Origin: Escherichia phage P896
Sequence record: OL451225.1
DNA length: 64,000 nt
Reading direction: 5' to 3' (one strand)
How positions within the stretch are numbered: the first letter of the stretch is position 1; every line of letters begins with the position of its first letter. Shown piece after piece: positions 52,639-63,568 of this stretch. Under the pieces are notes generated by a model. That model saw only the letters and a program-made list of their open reading frames with translations. It was not told where the DNA came from and did no database searches. The position numbers and the translations under genes are program-made.

Positions 52639-52872
52639 TTAGTAGCGGTTGTAACCTCTAGGACCAAAAGAGTTGGCACCCAGGCGTTCATCTTTCTTTT
52701 TGGCTCTTGCTCTAAACCCAGAATCACCTGTTTGAGCTTTCAGTTCTTTTAACAATTTGGCCTTCAGGTCAGTAATGAAACCAATCCGGCGGTCTCCCTT
52801 GTAGACATAGATTCCGTCATTACTGTCACCATATGCCTGTGTAACTCTTTCATTTGTAATTAAGTTTAACAT
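52639..52872 (-). CDS. small protein paralogous to the Alc N-terminal region
   Basis: 77 aa MLNLITNERVTQAYGDSNDGIYVYKGDRRIGFITDLKAKL...; GAGGA RBS and its own early promoter. Confidence 0.65.
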   Translation of the reverse strand: MLNLITNERVTQAYGDSNDGIYVYKGDRRIGFITDLKAKLLKELKAQTGDSGFRARAKKKDERLGANSFGPRGYNRY

Positions 52873-52933
52873 GTTTTAGTCCTCATCAGTAGTTGATGGA
52901 ACCATTATGTATAGAAAGAAGGGGCTTGTACAC
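52873..52933 (-). repeat. early promoter + 5'UTR cassette, family B copy 1
   Basis: GTGTAC (52928-52933), 18 bp, CATAAT (52904-52909), leader GGTTCCATCAACTACTGATGAGGA; the -35 overlaps a GGGGcttgtacaCCCC hairpin. Confidence 0.55.
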
Positions 52934-52942
52934 CCCTTTTTA

Positions 52943-54079
52943 TTATTCAGGAAGGATTACTTCCGCTTGGTAGTCCGACGGAATGTAAAGTTTATGATTT
53001 TTAAGGAAAACTTTATTGATTTGAGCAATCGTTTGTTCGGTTTCCTGGGGGCGTTGATAGGTGTTCATTAATACGGAGAACAATCCCGGGTACGGTTTAC
53101 ACAACTCTTGACCTTTAATCGCAAACTCGCGACGGTCTTTTCCTGCCAGTTGTTTCTGGGCGTCAAGCAACAATCCCAGCGTATTGGACAGATAATCCAG
53201 ATGTACAATGGTAAAGGCATTAACTTTTTCGCGAGCATAATCATCACCAGTAAACATGGCAATAACATCATCAGCCCCGCCGGCAACAACAACTTCAAAC
53301 AAACGCTCATTATTATTAATGGAGTCTTTAGTATGGTGCAGAGCACAATACCATTCTGTTTTCAGCTTGAACTTCTGACCACTTGCCAGCTCGTAGACGA
53401 AGCCTTCAATCTCTTTCATACCACGAACATTCTCAATGCTCACCAGGTCATATGCTTCAACCAGGAAAGGACGGAGTGCAGCATCTTTGAACAGTTCCTG
53501 GTATGGGATATATTCGCCAGTTTCATTATGACGAACGTTCAGTAAAATCAGGTCACGTTCCTGGTAAGGCAAAACAATGCGGTTGGTTGGTGCAACATAT
53601 TCCATATTGCATGCATAACCAGCTTCAGTGATTTCAGTCACACGAGCCCTGAACGCTTCACGGTGCGGTTGTTTAAACACCTGCAGAGATTCAGCAGCTT
53701 GGGAACTTTTAATCGACCCTTTGGATTTAAAAGCAATATTAGTCTGGTCCATATAAGTAGAAACCAAGCTACCATCAGCTTTTGCAGTAACCAGGACAAC
53801 TTCATCAAGGTTAAGGTCCATGGTCATTGGGTTCTCACCCAGATTAAAGAATTTTTCCATAGGACGGGCAGCAATGCGAACTGGACCATTGTCATCCATT
53901 TCAAACATAATGCCGCGGCACTCCAGTGCGTCATCAAGAAGCCAATCACTATAGGAAGCATAGTTATAGCTAAAGATGCGGAACTTAGTTTCAAATGGAG
54001 AAACAAAATCCGTATAGAAAAACTTACCTTTATCGGATTCGGCGCAAAGCTTCATTAAGTTATCATATAATTCAATCAT
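52943..54079 (-). CDS. rnlA: RNA ligase 1 (RnlA)
   Basis: 378 aa; ...FRIFSYNYASYSDWLLDDALECRGIMFEMD...; adenylylation motif KADGSL. Confidence 0.9.
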   Translation of the reverse strand: MIELYDNLMKLCAESDKGKFFYTDFVSPFETKFRIFSYNYASYSDWLLDDALECRGIMFEMDDNGPVRIAARPMEKFFNLGENPMTMDLNLDEVVLVTAKADGSLVSTYMDQTNIAFKSKGSIKSSQAAESLQVFKQPHREAFRARVTEITEAGYACNMEYVAPTNRIVLPYQERDLILLNVRHNETGEYIPYQELFKDAALRPFLVEAYDLVSIENVRGMKEIEGFVYELASGQKFKLKTEWYCALHHTKDSINNNERLFEVVVAGGADDVIAMFTGDDYAREKVNAFTIVHLDYLSNTLGLLLDAQKQLAGKDRREFAIKGQELCKPYPGLFSVLMNTYQRPQETEQTIAQINKVFLKNHKLYIPSDYQAEVILPE

Positions 54080-54486
54080 TTCTTCACCTTATGTTGGTAA
54101 TTCCACGGGGGATTAAAAAGCTTGATGAACATCGGCTCTTCCAGAGACATCGTTTCGACTGACATCGTACCAAGTTCATTGGTCATTGACAGATTGAAAC
54201 ATTGTCGTGCATAGAATACCACCTTTTTACCTTCTTGTAAAGCTTCATGTATCATCCGGGATTTGTTTGAATCACTCGTCTGTTCGATTCGGTTAATTGC
54301 AGTCCGGTAATAGTTGATACGCTTCTTAAGGTTGTTCGTCTTACCAATATACACTAGTTCATCATCAACCGAAATAGCATAGATAACATTTTTCTTATTT
54401 GCGAGAGTAAGGATAGGGATTTTACCATCGACTAACTCCAACTCCGCGTATTTTATAAAACTGTATTCATCAGCGATTTGTTTCAT
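54076..54486 (-). CDS. denA: endonuclease II (DenA)
   Basis: Start at MKQIADEYSFIKY (track ORF is TTG-extended by 2 codons); GIY-YIG-like IYAISVDDELVYIGKT; 136 aa. Confidence 0.85.
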   Translation of the reverse strand: MKQIADEYSFIKYAELELVDGKIPILTLANKKNVIYAISVDDELVYIGKTNNLKKRINYYRTAINRIEQTSDSNKSRMIHEALQEGKKVVFYARQCFNLSMTNELGTMSVETMSLEEPMFIKLFNPPWNYQHKVKK

Positions 54487-54495
54487 GGGCAAAAA

Positions 54496-54507
54496 GGGCC
54501 GAAGCCC
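54496..54507 (-). terminator. hairpin terminator after nrdB
   Basis: GGGCcgaaGCCC hairpin followed on the minus strand by TTTTTG. Confidence 0.5.
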
Positions 54508-54512
54508 TTTCC

Positions 54513-55691
54513 TTATAGATATTTACGGAAACCAGCAAGAACATTCTCATCGACGTCATTGTCAATCTGGGCTACCAGGTAAGCAGACAACTCAACTTCT
54601 TGCGGTGCAGATTGCACATTATCAGAGTTAAGATATTCACGAATCCATGGAATCGGGTGCTTAGTAGATTCTAACACGATTTCACAAGGGAGACCGCATT
54701 GCTTCATACGAGAAACTGTCAGGTAATCGATGAAGCAGTTAAGAATCTCGACGCTCAACCCAGGGAGTCCACCATCTTTAAACAGATGTACGGCCCATTC
54801 TTTTTCCTGGCGATTAACTTCCATGAAAATAGCTGCGGCTTCTGCTTCGCATTCGTGAGCGATTTTAACCCATTCGTCACCGTCAACACCAGTCTGCAGC
54901 TGACGAAGAATATATTGGGTCCCCTTAAGGTGGAGCTGTTCATCACGGGCGATGAACTTCATTATCTTCGCATTACCTTCCATGATTTCCATGTTCTTAT
55001 GGAAGTTGAAAGTACATGCGAAAGATACATAAAAACGAATAGCTTCCAGGGCGTTAATAACATGCAGGCAGAGATAAAGAGACTTCATCAATGCTCGTTT
55101 GGCGATAGCTTCTTGTTTGATAGCTCGTTCCAAACGTTCGTCCGCTTCGGGAGTTTCTTTGGCCAGTTCAACAAAAGCAATCTGGTTTTGCCATTGACGA
55201 GTTTTATTCAGAACATCATCATAGTAATGACCAATGGATTCTGCGCGCTTCATGATTGCATCATCTAACAGGATTTCGTCGAATACCTTCGCCGGGTCCG
55301 TATAGAGATTTCGCATGATGTGCGTATAAGAACGAGAGTGAATTGTCTCGCTGAATGTCCAGGTCTGAATCCATGTATCAAGGCTCGGGTCAGAAACTAA
55401 TGCGGCTAATGCTGCAGCTGGAGCACGCCCCTGGATACTATCCAGAAGTGATTGGTATTTCAGGTTGTTGGTAAAAATATTTTGTTGATGTTCAGGAAGC
55501 TTATTAAATTGGGCTCCATCCATCATCAGGTTTACTTCCTCTGGTCGCCAGAAGAATGATAATTGCTTTTCTGTTAATTCTTCGAAAACTTTATGGCGCT
55601 GGATATCATAACGGGCGATGCCCAATCCTGAGCCAAAAAACATAGGCTCGGCTAAAACATCCACTGGAGTGGTATTAAAAACTGTACTCAT
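54513..55691 (-). CDS. nrdB: ribonucleotide reductase beta subunit (NrdB), uninterrupted
   Basis: 392 aa, single ORF; size as spliced T4 NrdB. Confidence 0.9.
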   Translation of the reverse strand: MSTVFNTTPVDVLAEPMFFGSGLGIARYDIQRHKVFEELTEKQLSFFWRPEEVNLMMDGAQFNKLPEHQQNIFTNNLKYQSLLDSIQGRAPAAALAALVSDPSLDTWIQTWTFSETIHSRSYTHIMRNLYTDPAKVFDEILLDDAIMKRAESIGHYYDDVLNKTRQWQNQIAFVELAKETPEADERLERAIKQEAIAKRALMKSLYLCLHVINALEAIRFYVSFACTFNFHKNMEIMEGNAKIMKFIARDEQLHLKGTQYILRQLQTGVDGDEWVKIAHECEAEAAAIFMEVNRQEKEWAVHLFKDGGLPGLSVEILNCFIDYLTVSRMKQCGLPCEIVLESTKHPIPWIREYLNSDNVQSAPQEVELSAYLVAQIDNDVDENVLAGFRKYL

Positions 55692-55729
55692 TTTATTTCC
55701 TCAATAGCTCATCCATGAGCATAATTATA

Positions 55730-57985
55730 TCAAAGTTTGCAGGCGGAGCAGTCTTCTGCTTTAGGAGCTTCGATTTCGTAATCGTCTGTTCCGGAACCAT
55801 CTCTAGTGTTATGATAATAAAGGTTTTTTCCACCAAAATACCAGAAGTACATCAAGTCGTCAAGCATAACTGACATTGGAACTTTTCCTTTCGGATAATT
55901 CTGCGGGTCATAATACGTATTTGCCGATGCTGACTGACAAATCCATTTCAACATAATCGCGACTTGGGTCAGATAAGGTTTGTTACCCTGCTTAGCTAGC
56001 ACCCATGCGTAATCGTACAATCCTTTATTGTGCTCAATATTGGGCACGACTTGATTAAAGGAACCCTCTTTTGACTCTTTAATAGAGACTGGTCCACGCG
56101 GAGGTTCGATACCGTTTGTACTGTTAGAAACTTGGGAAGATGACTCACAAGGCATAAGTGCTGATAATGTGCTATTACGGATGCCATGTTCAACCAGGTC
56201 TTCCCGCAACTGCGCCCAGTCACAAACGTAGTTTGGAGCTGCGATTTGGTCAATCTTTTTATTGTACCAGTCGATAGGTAATTCGCCTCGAGCCCAACGA
56301 GTGTCTGAATAATATTCGCAAGGTCCTTTTTCTTTGGCGAGCTTGATTGATGCTCGGATAAGGCCATATTGTAATCTCTCGAACAGTTCATGTGTTAAAT
56401 CATTTGCATCAGCATAGGAAGCGAAATTGCTTGCCAGCCATGCAGCATAGTTAGTAACCCCAACACCCAGGTTGCGGCGTTTTTTGGCTTTCAGAGCTTC
56501 TTTAACCGGATAACCCTGATAGTCCAACAGGTTATCAAGAGCACGAACTTGAACTTCAGCCAGCTCGTTAATCTTATCTTGGTCCTGCCAGTCAAAACTA
56601 TCCAGAACAAATGCCGACAATGTGCACAATCCGATTTCAGCGTCTTCGCTGTTCACATCAGTAGTCGGGATTGCAATTTCGCAGCAAAGGTTTGATTGAC
56701 GAATCGGAGCCTTATCACGGATGAACGGAGTGTAGTCATTCACGTTATCGACGAACTGCGGATAAACCCTGGCTGTACCGGAACGTTCAGTCATGAATAA
56801 TTCGAATACATCTTTTGCTTTGATACGTTTCTTGCGAACTGTCGGGTCTTTTTCTAAGGCTTCATATAACTCGCGGAATTTATCCGGGTTATCAAAATAT
56901 GAATAATACAATTCACCGCCAGCTTCGTGCGGACTAAACAGAGTGATGTAATCATTCTTAGCCAGTCGTTCCATCATCAGGTTATTCAGCTGGACGCCAT
57001 AGTCCATATGTCTGATGCGGTTTTCTTCAACGCCCTTGTTGTTCTTCAGAACGAGTAAATTTTCAACTTCCAAATGCCAAATAGGATAATAAGCAGTAGC
57101 AGCGCCGCCACGGATTCCACCTTGTGAACATGATTTAACAGCCGTTTGGAAATGTTTCCAGAACGGAATAACACCAGTATGCTTAACTTCGCCCATACCG
57201 ATTTTCGAACCTTCGGCACGAATCATGCCAACGTTGATACCAATACCTGCGCGCTTACTGATATATTCGATGATTGAATTAGCAGTCTTATTAATTGACT
57301 TCAGGGAGTCAGCCGCTTCGATAACCACGCATGAACTGAACTGCCTGGTAGGTGTTCTGGCGCCCGCCATGATTGGCGTGGGCAACGAAACCTGTCGAGT
57401 GGATACTGCATCATAAAAACGGCAAACGTGCTTCAGACGGTCCGTTGGTTCATCCTGGTGCAGTGCCATGCCGATAGCCATGATTGCGAATTGCGGAGTC
57501 TCGTAGATTTTCCCAGTGGTTTTATCTTTAACCAGGTATTTTTCTTTAAGCTGCATCGCGCCTGCATAAGTCAAGTCAAAATCACGTTCGTGTTTGATAC
57601 GAGATTCCAGATAAGTAATCTCTTCGGCCGAGTAGCTTGACAACAGTTCCGGGTCGTATTTGCCTTCATTGACACAATAAGAAATCTGGTCAATAAAAGA
57701 ACGCGGTTCGAACTGGCCATAAACATCTTTACGCAGAGCAAACATCGTAGCCTTCGCTGCAACGTATTGGTAATCTGGTTCTTCAACCGAGATAAGCCCA
57801 GCAGACACTTTGATGATAACCGTCTGAATATCGCGAGTAGTCATACCATCGCGCAGGTGTGGTTTGATTGTTTCGTATAATTCATACGGGTCGATATTGG
57901 TTCCTTCACATGACCAGGAAAGAACTTTAATAATTTTCTGGCCATCAAAATCTTGAGATACGCCACTACTTTTTTGTACTTGCAT
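55730..57985 (-). CDS. nrdA: ribonucleotide reductase alpha subunit (NrdA)
   Basis: 751 aa; active-site region SNLCCEIAIPT; C-terminal CSACKL. Confidence 0.95.
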   Translation of the reverse strand: MQVQKSSGVSQDFDGQKIIKVLSWSCEGTNIDPYELYETIKPHLRDGMTTRDIQTVIIKVSAGLISVEEPDYQYVAAKATMFALRKDVYGQFEPRSFIDQISYCVNEGKYDPELLSSYSAEEITYLESRIKHERDFDLTYAGAMQLKEKYLVKDKTTGKIYETPQFAIMAIGMALHQDEPTDRLKHVCRFYDAVSTRQVSLPTPIMAGARTPTRQFSSCVVIEAADSLKSINKTANSIIEYISKRAGIGINVGMIRAEGSKIGMGEVKHTGVIPFWKHFQTAVKSCSQGGIRGGAATAYYPIWHLEVENLLVLKNNKGVEENRIRHMDYGVQLNNLMMERLAKNDYITLFSPHEAGGELYYSYFDNPDKFRELYEALEKDPTVRKKRIKAKDVFELFMTERSGTARVYPQFVDNVNDYTPFIRDKAPIRQSNLCCEIAIPTTDVNSEDAEIGLCTLSAFVLDSFDWQDQDKINELAEVQVRALDNLLDYQGYPVKEALKAKKRRNLGVGVTNYAAWLASNFASYADANDLTHELFERLQYGLIRASIKLAKEKGPCEYYSDTRWARGELPIDWYNKKIDQIAAPNYVCDWAQLREDLVEHGIRNSTLSALMPCESSSQVSNSTNGIEPPRGPVSIKESKEGSFNQVVPNIEHNKGLYDYAWVLAKQGNKPYLTQVAIMLKWICQSASANTYYDPQNYPKGKVPMSVMLDDLMYFWYFGGKNLYYHNTRDGSGTDDYEIEAPKAEDCSACKL

Positions 57986-58115
57986 GTTTTCCTCTGTTAT
58001 AAAATGGGGTCATGCTTATAATAACGCATGACCCTGAAGCGGAATCGTATTTATAGAAGGAAGTTAAGCCCAACCATTACGACCAAAAATAAAATGCCAG
58101 CAATTTGAATATTCA

Positions 58116-59892
<1,777 letters not shown>

Positions 59893-59902
59893 TATATTTT
59901 CC

Positions 59903-60142
59903 TCACGCTTTCTTAGCAACTTTCCAGTCAGCTTTAAATTGGTCAACGTCAGAGTGATGAATCCAGAAACCAGATGAGCTACCATCTTCATAAAGAGGAC
60001 AACCATCACACTCATCTTTCCAACCCATCGCGCATAAAGTTTCTTCAGCTTTTTCCAGAGCTTCTGGATTGTTACCCTGGATTGTGAAGTACCATTTGCC
60101 TTTAACTTCTGAATCTTTGATGCTCTCACGTTGTAATTTCAT
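59903..60142 (-). CDS. hypothetical early protein
   Basis: 79-aa ORF downstream of family A cassette copy 3; GGAG RBS. Confidence 0.6.
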   Translation of the reverse strand: MKLQRESIKDSEVKGKWYFTIQGNNPEALEKAEETLCAMGWKDECDGCPLYEDGSSSGFWIHHSDVDQFKADWKVAKKA

Positions 60143-60213
60143 TTTATTCTCCAGGGTTTTAGTTGTTAACTCAGTATGGGACCATTATGTCATAGCCCCA
60201 TTTGGTTGTACAC
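60143..60213 (-). repeat. early promoter + 5'UTR cassette, family A copy 3
   Basis: GTGTAC (60208-60213), 18 bp, CATAAT (60184-60189), leader GTCCCATACTGAGTTAACAACTAAAACCCTGGAGAATAAA-ATG. Confidence 0.6.
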
Positions 60214-60219
60214 TACTTT

Positions 60220-60474
60220 TTAAATTTTATCAAGCCATTTGCCAAGTTTAATCATTTCCTTGGTGGCTTTTTCCATACTTCTGAACTTAACTAATAAAGG
60301 ATGAGTATCAACACCCATAACAAGATTGGTTGCAAGACTGTGCTCACCCACAAGCCACAATGAGTATGTTTGAACATCGAGACCATAATTTCTGTCTTTA
60401 TGAACTCGTACACCCATTACTTCAAATTGCTTGCTTGCTTTTTCTACTGCATCCAGGAAATCATCTTTAGTCAT
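60220..60474 (-). CDS. hypothetical protein
   Basis: Start at MTKDDFLDAV (track ORF is TTG-extended); 84 aa. Confidence 0.5.
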   Translation of the reverse strand: MTKDDFLDAVEKASKQFEVMGVRVHKDRNYGLDVQTYSLWLVGEHSLATNLVMGVDTHPLLVKFRSMEKATKEMIKLGKWLDKI

Positions 60475-60475
60475 A

Positions 60476-60843
60476 TTAGACCCCAAAAGTTGCTTTAATC
60501 AGGGCAATAACTTCCGCGGCATTTTTATGATTTACCTGCACATGAATGGTTTGGGTATCAACATCAGGAGCATCGCCATCAACTTCCAGGAAGTGACAGA
60601 ATTCCCATTCAGCGAGTTCAAAGTACTCATCAACATCACCCATACTATTCAGGATGGTGCCATCTTTCATTTCAACTTTTTCAACAAAATAATCACCTTC
60701 AATATAACACATATCCAGGACTTTGAAGGAATTGCCATGCTGTTCCATTAACTTGACCATGCACGAATTATCATCAGGACTACCAGCGATGAATTGTTTT
60801 TTAGCAGCAGGGTCTAATACGTAAAATTTACCAGTTTCCATCA
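60476..60843 (-). CDS. hypothetical protein (paralog family with 60907-61269 and 47496-48038)
   Basis: Start at METGKFYVLDPAAKKQFIAG with GAGGA RBS; DEYFELAEWEF motif shared with the neighbour. Confidence 0.6.
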
Positions 60844-60903
60844 TTTTAATTTCCTCATGTAGTTGATGGGTCCATAATAACATAATCATAGACCCGTTGT
60901 AAA
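60844..60903 (-). repeat. early promoter + 5'UTR cassette, family B copy 2 (diverged)
   Basis: GTTTAC (60898-60903), about 19 bp, TATTAT, leader GGACCCATCAACTACATGAGGAAATTAAA-ATG. Confidence 0.45.
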
Positions 60904-60906
60904 CTG

Positions 60907-61269
60907 CTATTTGAAAGCTTTTTGTAGAAGTTCAATGATTTGGTCGACGTTATTAGCATCCACAACACAATTAATAGAAACCGCCCCCGAAGGTGTTTTT
61001 GTATAATTGGAGTATTCACGGAAGCAATAAAACTCTTCTTCACTAAGTTCAAAATAATCGTCACCCATGCCATCATCATTATAGATTGCACCATTAGCAC
61101 AAATGATTTCGGTTACATAATCATAGCCGTCTGCACTTGATATTGATTTAACTTCAAACCAACCGCCATTTTCTTGGATGATGTCGACCATACTAGCATT
61201 CGATGAACTAATATCAATGAAAGATTTAATACGATGTGGATTGAACTCATATTTTTTGCCGATTTCCAT
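60907..61269 (-). CDS. hypothetical protein (paralog of 60476-60843)
   Basis: 120 aa; MEIGKKYEF..., DDYFELSEEEF..., C-terminal ...IIELLQKAFK. Confidence 0.6.
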   Translation of the reverse strand: MEIGKKYEFNPHRIKSFIDISSSNASMVDIIQENGGWFEVKSISSADGYDYVTEIICANGAIYNDDGMGDDYFELSEEEFYCFREYSNYTKTPSGAVSINCVVDANNVDQIIELLQKAFK

Positions 61270-61337
61270 TTTTATTTCCTCAGTTGTTATCAGTAGTTGA
61301 TGGAATCATTATGCCTTAGCTCAAAGGACTTGTACAC
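61270..61337 (-). repeat. early promoter + 5'UTR cassette, family B copy 3
   Basis: GTGTAC (61332-61337), 18 bp, CATAAT (61308-61313), leader GATTCCATCAACTACTGATAACAACTGAGGAAATAAAA-ATG. Confidence 0.55.
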
Positions 61338-61357
61338 TACTTTTTGAAAATAAAAAA

Positions 61358-61373
61358 GGGACCCGAAGGTCCC
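61358..61373 (-). terminator. intrinsic terminator after gene 32
   Basis: GGGACCcgaaGGTCCC hairpin followed on the minus strand by TTTTTTATTTT. Confidence 0.65.
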
Positions 61374-61379
61374 CTTATA

Positions 61380-62291
61380 TTAAAGGCCAGCCAGAAGGTC
61401 GTCAAGACCATCATCAGAAGGCTCTGGAGTGCTTGGAGCAGTCGCAGTGCGTTCAGACTTAGCAGGTTTGCTGGAAGTGAAGTCTTCCATATCTTTATCG
61501 AAATCGTCCAGGTCAGCGCCCAGTTTATCAGCTTGTGCAGCGGCTTTAGAAGCAGCCCCGCCAAGAGCAGCCGTACCCATTACTTTAGAGAATTTCTTCT
61601 GATTCTCTTCAAGGGATTTAAATACCAGCAATTCATTCAGGTCAGACATTTCGTCCCAAAGTTTTTTCTGGAATGCTTCATCATTGATACCAGCGATTTC
61701 AGACTGGTTCATGAATTTGGAATCATCGTAGTTTTTATAACCGGAAACCAGTTTGGATTTCAGTACAAAGTTTGCACCTTCAAAAGGACAAGTTACATCA
61801 ATAGCTGTTTCGCCCATGTCAACATCGACTTCAACCATCTGGTTAATTTTGTCCATGATTTTCTTGCCGAAGCGATATTTGAATACTTGACCTTCGTTAG
61901 ACGGAACAGCAGGGTCTTTAATGACCAGGATGTTAGCCCAGTAAGAAGTATTACGCTTCAGTTTACGATATTCGGATTCGTTTGTGTTGTACAGGTCATT
62001 CTTGTTCATGTACGCACACACAGGGCAGTTTTCATAATCGCCGTGGGTAGAAGTACAGTTTTCAATATACCATTGACCGCCATTTTTAAAGCCGTGGTTA
62101 ACGAGCTTGATGAACGGAGATGGATTTTCTTCATTCTTGGAAGGCAGGAAACGAATAACCGCAGAACCGACGCCATCAGTATCTTTCAGTTTCCATTCTT
62201 TTTTATCGTCAGAAGAGAAACCAGAACCACCTTTCAGAGCATTAAGGGAAGCAGCCAGGTCAGCAGGGTTTTTACGTTTAAACATAGACAT
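61380..62291 (-). CDS. 32: single-stranded DNA-binding protein gp32
   Basis: 303 aa; [21 protein letters not shown]...; zinc-binding region [16 protein letters not shown]; acidic C-terminus. Confidence 0.95.
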   Translation of the reverse strand: MSMFKRKNPADLAASLNALKGGSGFSSDDKKEWKLKDTDGVGSAVIRFLPSKNEENPSPFIKLVNHGFKNGGQWYIENCTSTHGDYENCPVCAYMNKNDLYNTNESEYRKLKRNTSYWANILVIKDPAVPSNEGQVFKYRFGKKIMDKINQMVEVDVDMGETAIDVTCPFEGANFVLKSKLVSGYKNYDDSKFMNQSEIAGINDEAFQKKLWDEMSDLNELLVFKSLEENQKKFSKVMGTAALGGAASKAAAQADKLGADLDDFDKDMEDFTSSKPAKSERTATAPSTPEPSDDGLDDLLAGL

Positions 62292-62351
62292 ATGATTTTC
62301 CTTAGATTATTTGATTTTTAGCAGTTGTTTTGATTACATATTAATTATACT

Positions 62352-63020
62352 TCAAAGTGCTTGAAGCGTTATTTGACAGTTTTTAACGGTCTCGATGAAC
62401 AATTTACGAGCTTCAAGAGAATCGATATTTAAGATTTTCTTATAGGCATTTAGTTTGGTTGAATACTTTTCCCAAACCAAGTCGTTAGTCTGTTCATCAT
62501 GTTTATTTATAATATCTAAAAATGAATCAAGCAAACAAAACGTTTCAAATGAGATAACATTCGATTGGAGAAGTTTGAAAATATAACTTGTGTTTACTTT
62601 AGTATTATACTCGAAAATCTCTTGAAGCGATTTGACTTCGACTTTCTTACTGAAGTAATAGATATTCTTTATATCATCTTCGTATACTTGTCTAATTCTT
62701 TTAAGTCTGCCAATGTATTCTCTATAAAATATCAGAGCATCGGCATCACTTATATCGCCTATCCATGCATCCTGGTTTGCAACCAGGTTTGACATGAATA
62801 TTAACGTTAATTCTTTAAGAGTGTACTTATCACTAAGCTTTTCGAAAAAATACTTATCGCGGCGTTTTTGATAAGCACTATCGGAGATTCGCATGGTCCA
62901 GTTATATTTGATAATATCATAACGACCCGAAAAATGCTGTTTGATGGATAAGTACAGTTGATATACTGATTTACCATTTATATATCGGTTGTTATTTGGA
63001 GGCATGCGAATCGTAATCAT
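62352..63020 (-). CDS. 59: helicase loader gp59
   Basis: 222 aa; ...YINGKSVYQLYLSIKQHFSGRYDIIKYNW...AWIGDISDADALIFYREYIGRL recognised as T4 gp59-like. Confidence 0.9.
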   Translation of the reverse strand: MITIRMPPNNNRYINGKSVYQLYLSIKQHFSGRYDIIKYNWTMRISDSAYQKRRDKYFFEKLSDKYTLKELTLIFMSNLVANQDAWIGDISDADALIFYREYIGRLKRIRQVYEDDIKNIYYFSKKVEVKSLQEIFEYNTKVNTSYIFKLLQSNVISFETFCLLDSFLDIINKHDEQTNDLVWEKYSTKLNAYKKILNIDSLEARKLFIETVKNCQITLQAL

Positions 63021-63310
63021 AACAAAAAGTCCAGCGTATTAGTTTTCTGTGTACGAGACATACTCGGACGAAGCAGGTTATCATCATATGCTTCATTCAT
63101 AATCTTATCGACGATTCCCGCAGGGATATATCGAGCAAAATTACCTTCGGGAATTCCACGTTCTTCCAACCAGGCAGTCGCAGCTTCCAGATAAGACATT
63201 TCAGTTGTCTCGACCATGGCTTCAATATCAAGCCCGTTTTGCTGCTTACTAATCGCCCCGGAAGGCGATTCAGTTTTCTGTGTATCAAAATTAACTAAAG
63301 AGGACATCAT
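63017..63310 (-). CDS. 33: late transcription accessory protein gp33
   Basis: Start at MMSSLVNFDTQ just after the dsbA stop (the track ORF extends upstream into dsbA in another frame); position 59-33-dsbA. Confidence 0.7.
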   Translation of the reverse strand: MMSSLVNFDTQKTESPSGAISKQQNGLDIEAMVETTEMSYLEAATAWLEERGIPEGNFARYIPAGIVDKIMNEAYDDNLLRPSMSRTQKTNTLDFLL

Positions 63311-63560
63311 AGAGCTCCACAGCTTCGGTTTTTTCATCTTCAAAACGCTCACGAGTACCTTTATGATACAGACCGAGCTGTGTATTGAACATCTTACCGT
63401 CAACGCCTAATTCAGTTTTTGCCTTATCTTTAAGGTCTTTAATTTCGTCTGCATATGCTTCCATTTTTAATTTGGTATCGGAAGCAGCTTTAATCAGCTT
63501 GGCCAGTTCAGCACCATGAGTATCAGGACAAAATTCAACTTTCACTTTTTTCTCTTTCAT
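63291..63560 (-). CDS. dsbA: DsbA, dsDNA-binding late transcription protein
   Basis: 89 aa; position between rnh and 33 as in T4. Confidence 0.8.
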   Translation of the reverse strand: MKEKKVKVEFCPDTHGAELAKLIKAASDTKLKMEAYADEIKDLKDKAKTELGVDGKMFNTQLGLYHKGTRERFEDEKTEAVELYDVLFS

Positions 63561-63568
63561 AATATACC

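Noticed and set aside
61344-62321. 325-aa ORF on the plus strand
   Set aside because: Antisense to gene 32, whose identity is supported by its zinc-binding motif; spurious.
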